From positions 1,984,001 through 2,048,000 of the forward strand of contig CBDFJF010000002.1 of assembly GCA_965248265.1 (NCBI GenBank): DNA of 64,000 nucleotides, written 5' to 3'. The position numbers and the translations under genes were made by a program. This document shows positions 49,195 through 58,829 of this stretch, piece after piece (the first letter of the stretch is position 1; each line of letters opens with the position of its first letter). Source of the stretch: Candidatus Latescibacterota bacterium. Lineage in GTDB: Bacteria > Latescibacterota > UBA2968 > UBA8231. The notes beneath the pieces are model-generated. The model did no database searches, was not told the origin of the DNA, and worked only from the letters and a program-made list of their open reading frames with translations.

Positions 49195-49381
49195 CGTCGC
49201 GATCACGGCTCTCCGCATTACAGACCATGACGTCTGCTGGCGGCGCTTCCAACTTCTGAGGTGGTCCCGAGATGACCCGGGCACTGAAGCCAGCCCGAAC
49301 AAACTGAAGTCCCGTGTCGCAGGCGCCAGTGAAATCGTCAGCGATGATGAGGCAGGACAGGTCGGGGGCGGTCATGTTCAT
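49195..49381 (-). pseudogene. N-terminal fragment of four-carbon acid sugar kinase (DtnK/DUF1537 type)
   Basis: IIADDFTGACDTGLQF and NAESR motifs, then an abrupt out-of-frame join to pdxA. Confidence 0.75.
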
Positions 49382-49552
49382 AACCCGGACACGCGTGAGT
49401 GGGGTGTATCACCAGTTACGAAATACAAACTCCTCCAGGCTTGAAGATAGTCAAGCTATCGCCGCGCATTCAGGTCTTCTGACTGGCAGTATCATCGGAC
49501 CGATGGTATGTTGACACCACGCCAATGTGTGTGTCTGAAGGAGAAGGTCCGC

Positions 49553-50088
49553 GTGAAGATCACCCACTCGGTAAACATCTGGAAGTGCCGGTCTACAAAT
49601 TGATGGGCGGACAGAAGATTCGGGAAGCGGTCAAGGTTGCGGCATGGACTCGCCCAGCTTCGCCGGAGCACTTCCGGTCCGAGGTGCGACGGGCGGCGGA
49701 TCAGGGCTACATGGTTTTCAAGATGCACTCGGCTGACGGACATTCCATCAACCTGGATGATCAGTACGAAGAGGATGTCACTACCGAGACCATCCCCGTC
49801 ATAGAGGGATATTCACCCGTACCTGAGGGCCCAGGCCTGGGATTCGAGGTAGACGAGGACGCCATTGCCCGGCTGGCGGCCAACAAGCCGATTGAGCGGC
49901 CGCGGTTTGTCGGTATTCTGCATATGCCGGGTGGGCACACGTTCTACGGTCCGGGGCAGGTGGCGCCCTACGGTGAGGAGGGTACCATTCGGGGATTCAG
50001 GACGGAGGTATGGGAAGAGGACGGGTCCTCTGAGTTCGAGAAGATCTACCAGCGCGTCCAAGAAGAAGGGCGGATTCCAGCCGAGTGA
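49553..50088 (+). pseudogene. Internally deleted enolase-superfamily (mandelate racemase-like) gene
   Basis: RBS + GTG MKITH out of frame with GKHLEVPVYKLMGG...FKMH, then jumps to PEGPGLGFEVD; metal-ligand barrel missing. Confidence 0.7.
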
Positions 50089-51110
50089 AAATCGCCCTGA
50101 TCGGCCTGCCGCAGGCCGGCAAGAAAACGCTCTTCCACCTGCTTACGGGTAAGAAACCCCCTGAAGTCCGCAAGCCCGGTGAGGTGTTGGAGGGCATGGC
50201 GTCGATTCGCGACGAGCGCGTCGATGCCCTGGCCCGTGTCTGCTCACCACAGAAGACGACCTACGCACAGAATCATTTCGTCCTGTGCCCCGATGCTGCG
50301 CCCGGATCCTACGAATGGCTGAGCGAAGCTCGCCGCTGCCAACTCGTCTGCATCGTGGCCCGTGCTTTCGAGTCGGAGCAGTTGTATCACCCCGACGGCA
50401 GTGTCGATCCCGATCGTGATTGTGAGAACCTGGAAGCCGAACTGTTGCTGGCGGACATGGAGATCATCGAGAATCGACTCGCGCGTCTGGAGAAGGAGGG
50501 TCGTACCGGCCTGCGTGATGAGCAGAAACGCGAGGAGGAGGCTCTGAAGCTATGTTTGCCGGAGCTGGAGGCGGGAAAGAGACTTGCCGATGTCCCACTG
50601 GCGCACTACCAACTAGATGCCATTCGCAGCCTAGATTTTGTCACGCTGCTACCAATGTTGCGGGTCTATAATGTTTCCGAGGACGAGTTGGAGCGTGACT
50701 ACGGGGAACACGTGACGGCCGTTTCATGCAAGATCGAACAAGAGATCATGGAGATGGCTGATCCGGCAGAGCGGGCCGAGTACATTGAAGCGCTCGGAGT
50801 CACCGCGTCTGGTCTGGATCGCGTCAACGAGGGATCTTACGATGCGCTCGGCCTGATGTCCTTCTACACGGCCGGCGAGGATGAGTGTCGAGCCTGGACA
50901 ATATCCAAAAAATCCCTGGCTCCAGTTGCCGGCGGCAAGGTTCACAGCGACATCGAGCGCGGATTCATCCGGGCTGAGGTGATCAAGCTCGATGATTACG
51001 TCGAGACCGGATCGGAGGGTGCCGCAAGGAACGCAGGAAAAATCCAGACACGCGGGCGCGACTACGTCGTCGAGGACGGCGACGTGATCCATTTTCTGTT
51101 CAGCGTGTAG
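50085..51110 (+). CDS. ychF: YchF-like ATPase (DUF933/TGS C-terminus)
   Basis: GLPQAGKKT P-loop, ELLLAD, FYTAG.DE.RAW, HSDIERGFIRAEV and DYVVEDGDV motifs. Confidence 0.8.
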   Translation: MKIALIGLPQAGKKTLFHLLTGKKPPEVRKPGEVLEGMASIRDERVDALARVCSPQKTTYAQNHFVLCPDAAPGSYEWLSEARRCQLVCIVARAFESEQLYHPDGSVDPDRDCENLEAELLLADMEIIENRLARLEKEGRTGLRDEQKREEEALKLCLPELEAGKRLADVPLAHYQLDAIRSLDFVTLLPMLRVYNVSEDELERDYGEHVTAVSCKIEQEIMEMADPAERAEYIEALGVTASGLDRVNEGSYDALGLMSFYTAGEDECRAWTISKKSLAPVAGGKVHSDIERGFIRAEVIKLDDYVETGSEGAARNAGKIQTRGRDYVVEDGDVIHFLFSV

Positions 51111-51127
51111 GAAGGTCCTCACCCCGG

Positions 51128-52477
51128 ATGTCGGATTTCACCCCCTGGCAGTTGCTGGTCGATTTCGGTTTCGCGGCTGGGTTGCTGCTGTGCGGGCAAC
51201 TCGTGCGCTCGAAGGTTGTGATCGCACAGCGCCTGTTTCTTCCCGCCGGAGTGATCGGCGGTTTTTTCGGACTGGCACTGGGTCCCAACGGTGTCGGCCT
51301 GGTGCCGATGTCCGCGGCGATCTCGATCTATCCCGGCCTGCTGATTGCTCTGGTGTTTGCCACACTGCCATTTTCCAGTGCGCAAGTCGCCTTCGCCAGC
51401 CTGTCGAGAAGGGTCGCCGATCTGTGGACCTTCTCCTGCGTGGCGATCCTGTTGCAATGGGGGGTCGGGATTCTCCTGACTCTGGGCGTTCTGAGAGCCG
51501 TCTGGACGGAAATCAACCCCGGTTTCGGCGCCTTGGTCGCCGCTGGTTTCGTCGGTGGGCACGGCACCGCGGCGGCAATGGGTGAGAGTTTTCGCGCACT
51601 CGGGTGGCCCGAAGCCGGTTCCCTGGCCATGACGGTGGCGACCGTCGGTATCCTCAGCGCCATCATCGGCGGCATGATCTGGATCAAGTGGGGGGCGCGC
51701 TCAGGCCACGCCCAGTTCGTGACGCGATTCGACGATCTGCCCTGGAGCCTGCGCACAGGATTGGTACCGGCTGGAGAGCGTCAATCGCTGGGTAGCGGGA
51801 CGGTTTCCGGAAACTCCATAGACAGCCTGGCTCTTCACCTGGGCCTTGTCGGTGTCGCCGCCCTCGGCGGTTACTTTCTCAGCCAGTGGTCATCGGGACT
51901 CACCCAGTACGGCAAGCTGCCCGTGTTCTGCATGGCCTACGTCGCCGCGATTGTCCTCCACCGGCTGCTGCGGGTCACCCAGGTCGAGCACTATGTAGAC
52001 GGTAAAACGATGACCCACCTGGGAGGCGCTTTGACCGATCTACTTGTCGTCTTCGGCATCGCCTCCATCAAGCTCTCTATCCTGATCGAGTTCGCGGTAC
52101 CGTTGACGCTGATTTTCGCAGCCGGCATCGCAACCTGTGGCATGCTCTTCCGTCTGCTCGGCCCCCGTTTCTTTGCCGCGTACTGGTTCGAGCATTCGCT
52201 GTTCACCTGGGGATGGATCACCGGGGTTACGGCCATGGCCATCGCGCTGCTGCGCATCGTGGATCCGCGCAACGAGTCATCTTCGCTGGCCAATTTCGGT
52301 CTGGCCTATCTGTTCATCGCCCCACTCGAAATCGGACTTGTAGTCATGGTGCCGGTTTTGTTGGTAGGGGGGCACGGTTGGCTGGTGGCGGGGGTGGTGT
52401 TGGCCGCAGCCGCAGTATTGACCACACTCAGATTGTTTACGGGAGCACGATCACAAACCAATGGGGTGACCGAGTGA
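51128..52477 (+). CDS. gltS: Sodium/glutamate symporter family protein
   Basis: LFLPAGVIGG and GFVGGHGTAAA motifs; about 12 TM. Confidence 0.85.
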   Translation: MSDFTPWQLLVDFGFAAGLLLCGQLVRSKVVIAQRLFLPAGVIGGFFGLALGPNGVGLVPMSAAISIYPGLLIALVFATLPFSSAQVAFASLSRRVADLWTFSCVAILLQWGVGILLTLGVLRAVWTEINPGFGALVAAGFVGGHGTAAAMGESFRALGWPEAGSLAMTVATVGILSAIIGGMIWIKWGARSGHAQFVTRFDDLPWSLRTGLVPAGERQSLGSGTVSGNSIDSLALHLGLVGVAALGGYFLSQWSSGLTQYGKLPVFCMAYVAAIVLHRLLRVTQVEHYVDGKTMTHLGGALTDLLVVFGIASIKLSILIEFAVPLTLIFAAGIATCGMLFRLLGPRFFAAYWFEHSLFTWGWITGVTAMAIALLRIVDPRNESSSLANFGLAYLFIAPLEIGLVVMVPVLLVGGHGWLVAGVVLAAAAVLTTLRLFTGARSQTNGVTE

Positions 52478-52923
52478 ATGCGGACAAGCTGAAAAATATC
52501 ACGGACAAGGTGCCGGCGTTTCGCGACCTGACTACCCGTCAGTTGCACGGGATGATCCAGGCTGGAGAAACCATCGTCCGGGAGCAGGGGACAGTCTTGT
52601 GCAAGGAAAGTGAGACGAGCACGGACATGTTCATCCTGCTGGCGGGGGAGCTGTCCGTGGAGACGAACAACATGCAACTGACGGCGGTGAAGACCTCGGA
52701 CATCGTTGGCGAGATGAGCTTGATAACTGGATTACCGCGCAGTGCAACCATCAAGGTGGTCAAGGAGGCTACCCTGTTCGTTGTGCGCAAGCAGGAATTC
52801 GACAGTTTGATGCGAGAGAATGCGGACCTCGCGGCGAAGATTTATCGAAACATGCTGCTGTCCTTGTGCTCAAAGCTGAGGGATACCAATATCCATCTGG
52901 TGGCGAGTAATCTGGGGGTGTAA
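52474..52923 (+). CDS. Cyclic nucleotide-binding domain protein
   Basis: MFILLAGEL and VGEMSLITGLPRSATI motifs; GTG start overlapping the gltS stop. Confidence 0.85.
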   Translation: MNADKLKNITDKVPAFRDLTTRQLHGMIQAGETIVREQGTVLCKESETSTDMFILLAGELSVETNNMQLTAVKTSDIVGEMSLITGLPRSATIKVVKEATLFVVRKQEFDSLMRENADLAAKIYRNMLLSLCSKLRDTNIHLVASNLGV

Positions 52924-52941
52924 GCCGCAAGCCGGAAGCAC

Positions 52942-52989
52942 ATATCAAGAAATCTTGATATTGACATGTGGTTATGGGCATAGTAAGTT
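52942..52989 (+). promoter_or_regulatory. SahR-type operator palindrome overlapping a sigma70 promoter
   Basis: ATATCAAGAAATCTTGATAT (52942-52961), then TTGACA (52961-52966)-N17-TAAGTT (52984-52989). Confidence 0.85.
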
Positions 52990-52999
52990 CTGAACCACG

Positions 53000-53932
53000 A
53001 TGGCCGATTCCCTCAAGATTCACAAGGCGCTGGCAGATGAGACCCGGCTCAGGTTGGTTCGGCTGCTTTCCCAGGGTCCCCTCAACGTCAACGAGATCAT
53101 CGATGTCCTGCACATGGGACAGAGTCGTATCTCCAGGCATCTCAAGATCCTGGCTGAAGCCGAGCTGGTGTCGAACCGACGTGAGGGTACGTGGGTTTAC
53201 TACCACGCCAACAACCATTCTGCGGGCAACCTGACCTCCGAAACGCTGGATTTGCTGCGTCGCCACGAGCACGATTTACCCTTTCACGATGAGGATCTGC
53301 AAGGCCTGCAGGGGGTGGTTGAGCGCCGCCACGCCCAGACCAGGGATTTCTTCAACAAGGTCGAGGATCCTCGGCAACTACATCAGGGATTGCAGCAAAA
53401 CGGTGATTCCTATCGGCAGATCGCCATGTCCTTGATGCAGAACCGGCACCGCTCCGTTCTGGATCTGGGAACCGGGGCTGGGTTGCTGCTGCCGCGATTG
53501 CTGGAGAAGGCCGAGCAGGTGATTGCCGTCGACTCATCGACCAAGATGTTGGAAATGGCCCGACACACTGCTGGGAGCGAGGCCGGGCGCTGTGATTTCC
53601 GTTTGGGCGATCTGGCTCACCTGCCGGTGGCCAACGGTGAAGTAGACGCCGTCATGGCCTGCATGGTCTTGCATCATCTATCCAATCCAGCCGGTACCAT
53701 CGCTGAGGCCCACCGGGCACTCAATACTGGAGGAGAGCTGTTGATCGTCGATCTGTGCAAACACAACGATGAAAGTTTCAGAGAAAGCCAGGCCGATCTC
53801 TGGCTCGGTTTCGAACCCACCGAAATAGAGCGTTGGCTGGCAACGAATGACTTCGATCTCCTCGACACCGGCATTGCCGGCGATACGGGGAGTTCCCATC
53901 AACTCATCACATTTCGAGGACGGAAAAAATGA
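53000..53932 (+). CDS. sahR: ArsR-HTH + SAM-binding methyltransferase-domain regulator
   Basis: [31 protein letters not shown] and MVLHH motifs; directly upstream of ahcY. Confidence 0.85.
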   Translation: MADSLKIHKALADETRLRLVRLLSQGPLNVNEIIDVLHMGQSRISRHLKILAEAELVSNRREGTWVYYHANNHSAGNLTSETLDLLRRHEHDLPFHDEDLQGLQGVVERRHAQTRDFFNKVEDPRQLHQGLQQNGDSYRQIAMSLMQNRHRSVLDLGTGAGLLLPRLLEKAEQVIAVDSSTKMLEMARHTAGSEAGRCDFRLGDLAHLPVANGEVDAVMACMVLHHLSNPAGTIAEAHRALNTGGELLIVDLCKHNDESFRESQADLWLGFEPTEIERWLATNDFDLLDTGIAGDTGSSHQLITFRGRKK

Positions 53933-55260
53933 CTGTAGCCGCTGAAAAGACGATTGATGTGCAAGTGCAGGACTTCAAGGTTGCTGATCTGGAGCTGGCC
54001 GAATGGGGCCGGCAGGAGATCATTCTGGCGGAAAAAGAGATGCCAGGTTTGATGTCCCTGCGGGAGGAGTACGCAGCGCAGCAGCCGTTGAAGGGAGCAC
54101 GGATTTCAGGTTCCCTGCATATGACCATACAGACGGCTGTTCTCATTGAGACGCTGACAGCACTGGGCGCAGAAGTTCGTTGGGCGTCATGCAACATTTT
54201 TTCCACGCAGGACCACGCGGCCGCTGCCATCGCCGTTACCGGCGTGCCGGTGTTCGCCTGGAAGGGCATGAGTGAAGACGAATACTGGTGGTGTACCGAT
54301 CAGACGCTGAACTGGGGCGAGGATGGTGGCCCCAACATGATTCTGGATGACGGCGGTGATCTGACCAAGTGGGTCCATGACAAGCGCCCGGAGTTGTTGC
54401 CCAATGTGCGTGGTGTCTCAGAAGAGACGACCACGGGTGTCCATCATCTCTACCAGATGATCAAGGAACAGACCCTCAAGGTGCCGGCCATCAACGTCAA
54501 CGACAGCGTCACCAAATCCAAGTTCGACAACCTCTACGGGTGCAGAGAAAGCCTGGCCGACGGCATTAAGCGTGCTACCGACATCATGATAGCCGGCAAG
54601 GTCGCCATCGTCGCCGGATATGGCGACGTCGGCAAGGGTTGTGCTCAGTCGATGGGTGGCTTGGGTGCGCGCGTCATCGTCACTGAGGTCGATCCGATCT
54701 GCGCTCTACAGGCGGCGATGGAAGGGTATGAAGTCAGAAAAATGGAAGATATCGTTGCGGATGGGGACATCTTCATCACTACCACCGGATGCAAGGATGT
54801 CATCACCATCGACCACATGGCGAGTATGAAAGACGGCGCCATCGTCTGCAACATTGGTCACTTCGACGTCGAAATTCAGGTGGCCGAGCTCGAGGCCTTC
54901 ACCGGCATCAAGAAGGAGGAAGTGAAGCCGCAGGTCGACAAGTACACCTTTCCAGATGGCACATGCCTCATCCTTCTGGCGGCCGGACGGTTGGTGAATC
55001 TGGGTTGCGCCACGGGGCACCCCTCCTTCGTGATGTCCAATTCATTCACCAATCAGGTGTTGGCGCAAATCGAGTTGTACAACAACCACGACAAGTATGA
55101 GGTCGGGGTATACATGTTGCCGAAGCATCTGGACGAGAAGGTTGCCCGGCTTCACCTGAAGAAATTAGGTGTGGAGCTGGACGAACTCACCCAGGATCAG
55201 TCAGCCTATCTGAACATTCCGGCAGAAGGTCCGTACAAGCCTGAACACTATCGCTACTAG
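53929..55260 (+). CDS. ahcY: S-adenosyl-L-homocysteine hydrolase
   Basis: [45 protein letters not shown] and GHPSFVMS motifs. Confidence 0.98.
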   Translation: MTVAAEKTIDVQVQDFKVADLELAEWGRQEIILAEKEMPGLMSLREEYAAQQPLKGARISGSLHMTIQTAVLIETLTALGAEVRWASCNIFSTQDHAAAAIAVTGVPVFAWKGMSEDEYWWCTDQTLNWGEDGGPNMILDDGGDLTKWVHDKRPELLPNVRGVSEETTTGVHHLYQMIKEQTLKVPAINVNDSVTKSKFDNLYGCRESLADGIKRATDIMIAGKVAIVAGYGDVGKGCAQSMGGLGARVIVTEVDPICALQAAMEGYEVRKMEDIVADGDIFITTTGCKDVITIDHMASMKDGAIVCNIGHFDVEIQVAELEAFTGIKKEEVKPQVDKYTFPDGTCLILLAAGRLVNLGCATGHPSFVMSNSFTNQVLAQIELYNNHDKYEVGVYMLPKHLDEKVARLHLKKLGVELDELTQDQSAYLNIPAEGPYKPEHYRY

Positions 55261-55321
55261 GATCTGCACTTGAGTCTGTCCGGGCGGCCGGGATGCTCGA
55301 CGCTCAGGATGCGCAGCAGCT

Positions 55322-56404
55322 TCACGGAGGGGGGGGTGAAAACAGGCTCAGGTACTGGCCCAACCCTTCGGACTCGAGATTCTCCTTTGGCACAAAACGC
55401 AGAGAGGCGGAATTGATGCAGTAGCGTAACCCGGTAGGGGCCGGGCCATCCTCGAACAGATGGCCCAGATGTGAGTCGCCATGGGTGCTGCGTACTTCAG
55501 TCCGCGTCATGAACAGCGTGCGGTCTGTCTTTTCAACGATACTGTCAGACTCGAGTGGCTGCGTGAAACTGGGCCAACCGGTACCTGATTTGAACTTGTC
55601 GGTCGAACTGAACAACGGCTCGCCGGAAACGATGTCGACATAAACGCCGGCCTTCTTGTTGTCCCAATACTCATTACGGAACGGCGGCTCGGTGTCGTCT
55701 CGCTGCGTCACCGAATACTGCAGATCGCTCAGTTTTTGGCGCAGCTCTTCGTCGGACGGCTTGACGAAACCGTTGCCGCCACTGCTCTTGTCAGCGTGCA
55801 GATCTCGTCCCCAGATACTCTCGATGAATTGGTCGCGCCCCGAGCCACTGCGATATCGGTGATAATGGGCGGCGTTCTTCTTGTAGTAATCCTGATGGTA
55901 TTCCTCGGCACGATAGAAGGTAATGGCCGGCCGGACGGGGGTGACGATCGGTTTGTCGAATCGGCCTGAAGCGTCCAGAGCGGACTTAGAGGTCTCTGCC
56001 AGCTTCTTCTGTTCCTCATCATGATAGAAGATGGCTGAGGTATATTGCAGACCGCGGTCGTAAAATGAACCACCGGCATCCGTGGGATCGAACTGACGCC
56101 AGTAGTGGTCGAGCAGTTCCTGGTAGGATACTTCCTCAGCGACGTAGGTGATCTCCACGGCTTCCAGATGGCCGGTCCTGCTGGAGCTCACCTGCTTGTA
56201 GGTCGGGTCCTTCTCCGGGCCGCCCGTGTACCCCGAGACAGCGGATACGACTCCGGGCAGCTTGTCGAACGGGGCTTCGATGCACCAGAAGCAACCACCA
56301 GCAAAGGTCGCTTTCTCGATCGTGCCTGCATCGGCACCCTGTTGCTGGACAGCGACCACGGCTACGATGGCCAGTGCGGCCAACACTGCGAAATTGGTCT
56401 TCAT
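55322..56404 (-). CDS. msrAB: Exported bifunctional methionine sulfoxide reductase MsrA-MsrB
   Basis: Signal peptide; [16 protein letters not shown]; [12 protein letters not shown] and RYCINS motifs. Confidence 0.95.
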   Translation of the reverse strand: MKTNFAVLAALAIVAVVAVQQQGADAGTIEKATFAGGCFWCIEAPFDKLPGVVSAVSGYTGGPEKDPTYKQVSSSRTGHLEAVEITYVAEEVSYQELLDHYWRQFDPTDAGGSFYDRGLQYTSAIFYHDEEQKKLAETSKSALDASGRFDKPIVTPVRPAITFYRAEEYHQDYYKKNAAHYHRYRSGSGRDQFIESIWGRDLHADKSSGGNGFVKPSDEELRQKLSDLQYSVTQRDDTEPPFRNEYWDNKKAGVYVDIVSGEPLFSSTDKFKSGTGWPSFTQPLESDSIVEKTDRTLFMTRTEVRSTHGDSHLGHLFEDGPAPTGLRYCINSASLRFVPKENLESEGLGQYLSLFSPPPP

Positions 56405-56760
56405 CTCAAGACTCCTGGTAGGCATCCTAGCGGACGTTCCGTGCACCGAATTTCAGCATGGGCTGCCAATTCATCAATGGGACGCGTGATGCTCCGTTGG
56501 GTTGCAAGGGGGGGTCCCTGCGTTTTTTCCCTCTAGACTGGTTTGTGACCCCGGGGCGCTCCAAAACCCACCCCACCACCCCACAACTTCGTTGTGAAAG
56601 CCCGGGAGCGCCCCTGCCCCCACCAACCCCACCTACAAACCAGTCCTCGGGAAAAAAGGCGCAGGGACCACGCCATGAAAGAAGGGGAGCAAACACACGG
56701 AGAGGCTCTAGGGGGAAAGCGCACCCTACACAGGTCGATCTGAGTACACAGGAGGGGCCG

Positions 56761-57663
56761 TTATTCTGGTGCAGGATCTGAGGGCGATCTGGCGAGGGTG
56801 ACTTTGGTCCATTCCTCTATGGGTTGGAAGCTGTTACCGGAGAAGGCGCCACTTCGACCTCCGCGGCCGCCGTAGCCTCCTCCGCGACCCTGTCCAAAGC
56901 CGCCATCTCTGCCGCCGAAGCCACCGCCCTGACCGCCGAAACCTCCTGCGGTCTGGCCGGTCAGGTCGCGGTTCTGGAAGGCGCGTTGGAAGTCTATTTC
57001 CCGGGTCTTGAAGCCAACGGCAATGTTCTTGCCGGGTTTGGATGGTAGTGGTGGGAGCGGGTACTGGCCTGCCAGGGGAAAACGGGCTTCGTAGACCAGG
57101 CGCCCATCGGCGAGGGTTACCATGACGCGCACGTCCTTTTCGCCCAACATCGTCAACGAGCGGATTTCTTTTTCACCCCTACCGAGCAGCATGGGTTGTT
57201 GCGTGGCGAGGATGCGTTCGAAAGCGTCCTGAAGCTGTGCCGGTCCGGCCCTGCGCAATCCTTCCTGTTCATCCCGATACCGCCGGCCTTGAAAGTCGCC
57301 AAAAGCAGCCTGGTCTCGCATTGGGTCGCGATCCATGTTGAACATACCAAGTGGGTACCGGACCCCCAGGATCTTGCTCTGACGGCCACCGGGATCGATC
57401 CACACTTCGAAGCCTCGCATGATGGCCTGGCGTTGGAGATTGCGATCGGCGGTGCTCAGCGTCAGGTACAGGAAGTCGTCATCGTTGGCCACGCCGATAT
57501 CGACTGGCCAGTCCTTGACGTACAATTTCAGATCTTGCCAATCGCTGTCGTCGCCGTCGATGACGATGTCGCGATCGGGCCAGCGGCTGTCGATTCTCAG
57601 GCCCCCACAGGAAAGCAGCAACAAGGCGAGAAGGATCGAGATTGTCGCTACGTGTCGGTCCAT
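56761..57663 (-). CDS. Hypothetical lipoprotein with Gly-rich GGFGG repeats
   Basis: LLSC lipobox, IDGDDSDW, C-terminal GGFGG repeats. Confidence 0.75.
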   Translation of the reverse strand: MDRHVATISILLALLLLSCGGLRIDSRWPDRDIVIDGDDSDWQDLKLYVKDWPVDIGVANDDDFLYLTLSTADRNLQRQAIMRGFEVWIDPGGRQSKILGVRYPLGMFNMDRDPMRDQAAFGDFQGRRYRDEQEGLRRAGPAQLQDAFERILATQQPMLLGRGEKEIRSLTMLGEKDVRVMVTLADGRLVYEARFPLAGQYPLPPLPSKPGKNIAVGFKTREIDFQRAFQNRDLTGQTAGGFGGQGGGFGGRDGGFGQGRGGGYGGRGGRSGAFSGNSFQPIEEWTKVTLARSPSDPAPE

Positions 57664-57756
57664 CGATGACTCCTGGATCTTGGAGGAACTCGTGTGTATT
57701 GTGATTAGACACTCGAGGCGCGGATTCGTTCAACGGCGGGAACGTAGGGGGAACAT

Positions 57757-57794
57757 AAAAAAAGAGCCGAACACCCGCAGGTGACCGGCTCTTT
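57757..57794 (-). terminator. Rho-independent terminator
   Basis: AAAGAGCCG...CGGCTCTTTTTTT on the minus strand. Confidence 0.8.
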
Positions 57795-57980
57795 CACTCT
57801 GGAAGCACCACGCTAGGCGTGGCACCTCACATGGCTTCTGGTCTGGATAAGAACCTCCTTCCTGCAAAGACGCGGCATACTGATTGGGGGCGCCGCGCAC
57901 GAAATGGAGGCGTGTTATTGGCCCTTGCGGCAAACAACACCTTACCTTTATCGGTCGTCCCTCGCCGAGCTTTATTCTCT
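57757..57980 (-). ncRNA. Structured noncoding RNA candidate (family not assigned)
   Basis: Nested hairpins in a 330-nt intergenic region ending in an intrinsic terminator; see findings. Confidence 0.55.
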
Positions 57981-57995
57981 AGCGGATATTTGCTT

Positions 57996-58817
57996 ATGAA
58001 ACTCAGCGTGTTCACAGACGAGATCAATTCATCCCTGCCGCGAGCGCTGCAGCTGGTGAGTGAGTGGAATCTTTCGCATGTCGAGATTCGCACCATTATG
58101 GGTGGGCGTTTTCCCAGATTGGAGGACGCCGAGCTTGCGGATCTGGACTCGAGCGTGAAAGAGGCAGGTTTAGCGGTTTCTGCCGTGTCGCCCGGGTACT
58201 TCAAATGTCTGATCGACGATGCCGAGATTGAGGCCGGTATCAGCGAAGGGTTGCCCCGGGCTTGTGAGTGGGCCCTGAAGTTGGGGACCAACTCTGTGTC
58301 GAGCTTTGCCTTTCGGCGCTCAGAGGGAGAGATGCCGACGGTGCAGGTGGTGGACTATCTCGGGCGCATGGCCGATGCGGTGAATTCGGCCGGCTGCCGG
58401 ATGCTGCTGGAAAATGAGGCGGGGTGTTGGGGTGGTACAGGGCTTGAAGCGGTCGACATCATTCGCCAAGTGGGATTCGAGCGCCTTGGACTGTGCTGGG
58501 ACCCAGGCAATTCGACCCGCGCTGGTGGTGATCCCTCAGTGGAGTTCGAGCAGATTCGCAGCTTCATCGAGCACGTTCATCTGAAGAACTACGAACCAGC
58601 GCAGGGCCGGTGGTCGGTTCTCGACCGTGGTGTGGTGGATTGGCCAGGGATCATGGCATTGCTTCGCGACATCGACTACCAGGGATTTCTTATCCTCGAG
58701 ACGCATACCGATATCAGCCTGCACGAGTTCGCGCCACTCGAAGGGCAACTGGATGGGAAGGAAGGAAATACGCTCCACAATCTGAAATACTTACGTGGGC
58801 TGCTTGACGGAAGTTGA
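57996..58817 (+). CDS. Sugar phosphate isomerase/epimerase (xylose-isomerase-like TIM barrel)
   Basis: LSVFTDEI, LLENE, WDPGN, HVHLKN and LETH motifs. Confidence 0.88.
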   Translation: MKLSVFTDEINSSLPRALQLVSEWNLSHVEIRTIMGGRFPRLEDAELADLDSSVKEAGLAVSAVSPGYFKCLIDDAEIEAGISEGLPRACEWALKLGTNSVSSFAFRRSEGEMPTVQVVDYLGRMADAVNSAGCRMLLENEAGCWGGTGLEAVDIIRQVGFERLGLCWDPGNSTRAGGDPSVEFEQIRSFIEHVHLKNYEPAQGRWSVLDRGVVDWPGIMALLRDIDYQGFLILETHTDISLHEFAPLEGQLDGKEGNTLHNLKYLRGLLDGS

Positions 58818-58829
58818 GGCGCCGCCAAC

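Noticed and set aside
56870-56950. Nucleotide repeats CCGCC/GAAGCC
   Set aside because: They encode the Gly-rich GGFGG linker of the lipoprotein and are not an independent element.
57757-57980. Assignment of the structured RNA to SAM-I or Moco riboswitch families
   Set aside because: Only short words match (CTTATCCAGA, GGTGCC, GCCTCC), their order and spacing do not fit, and downstream genes are unrelated.
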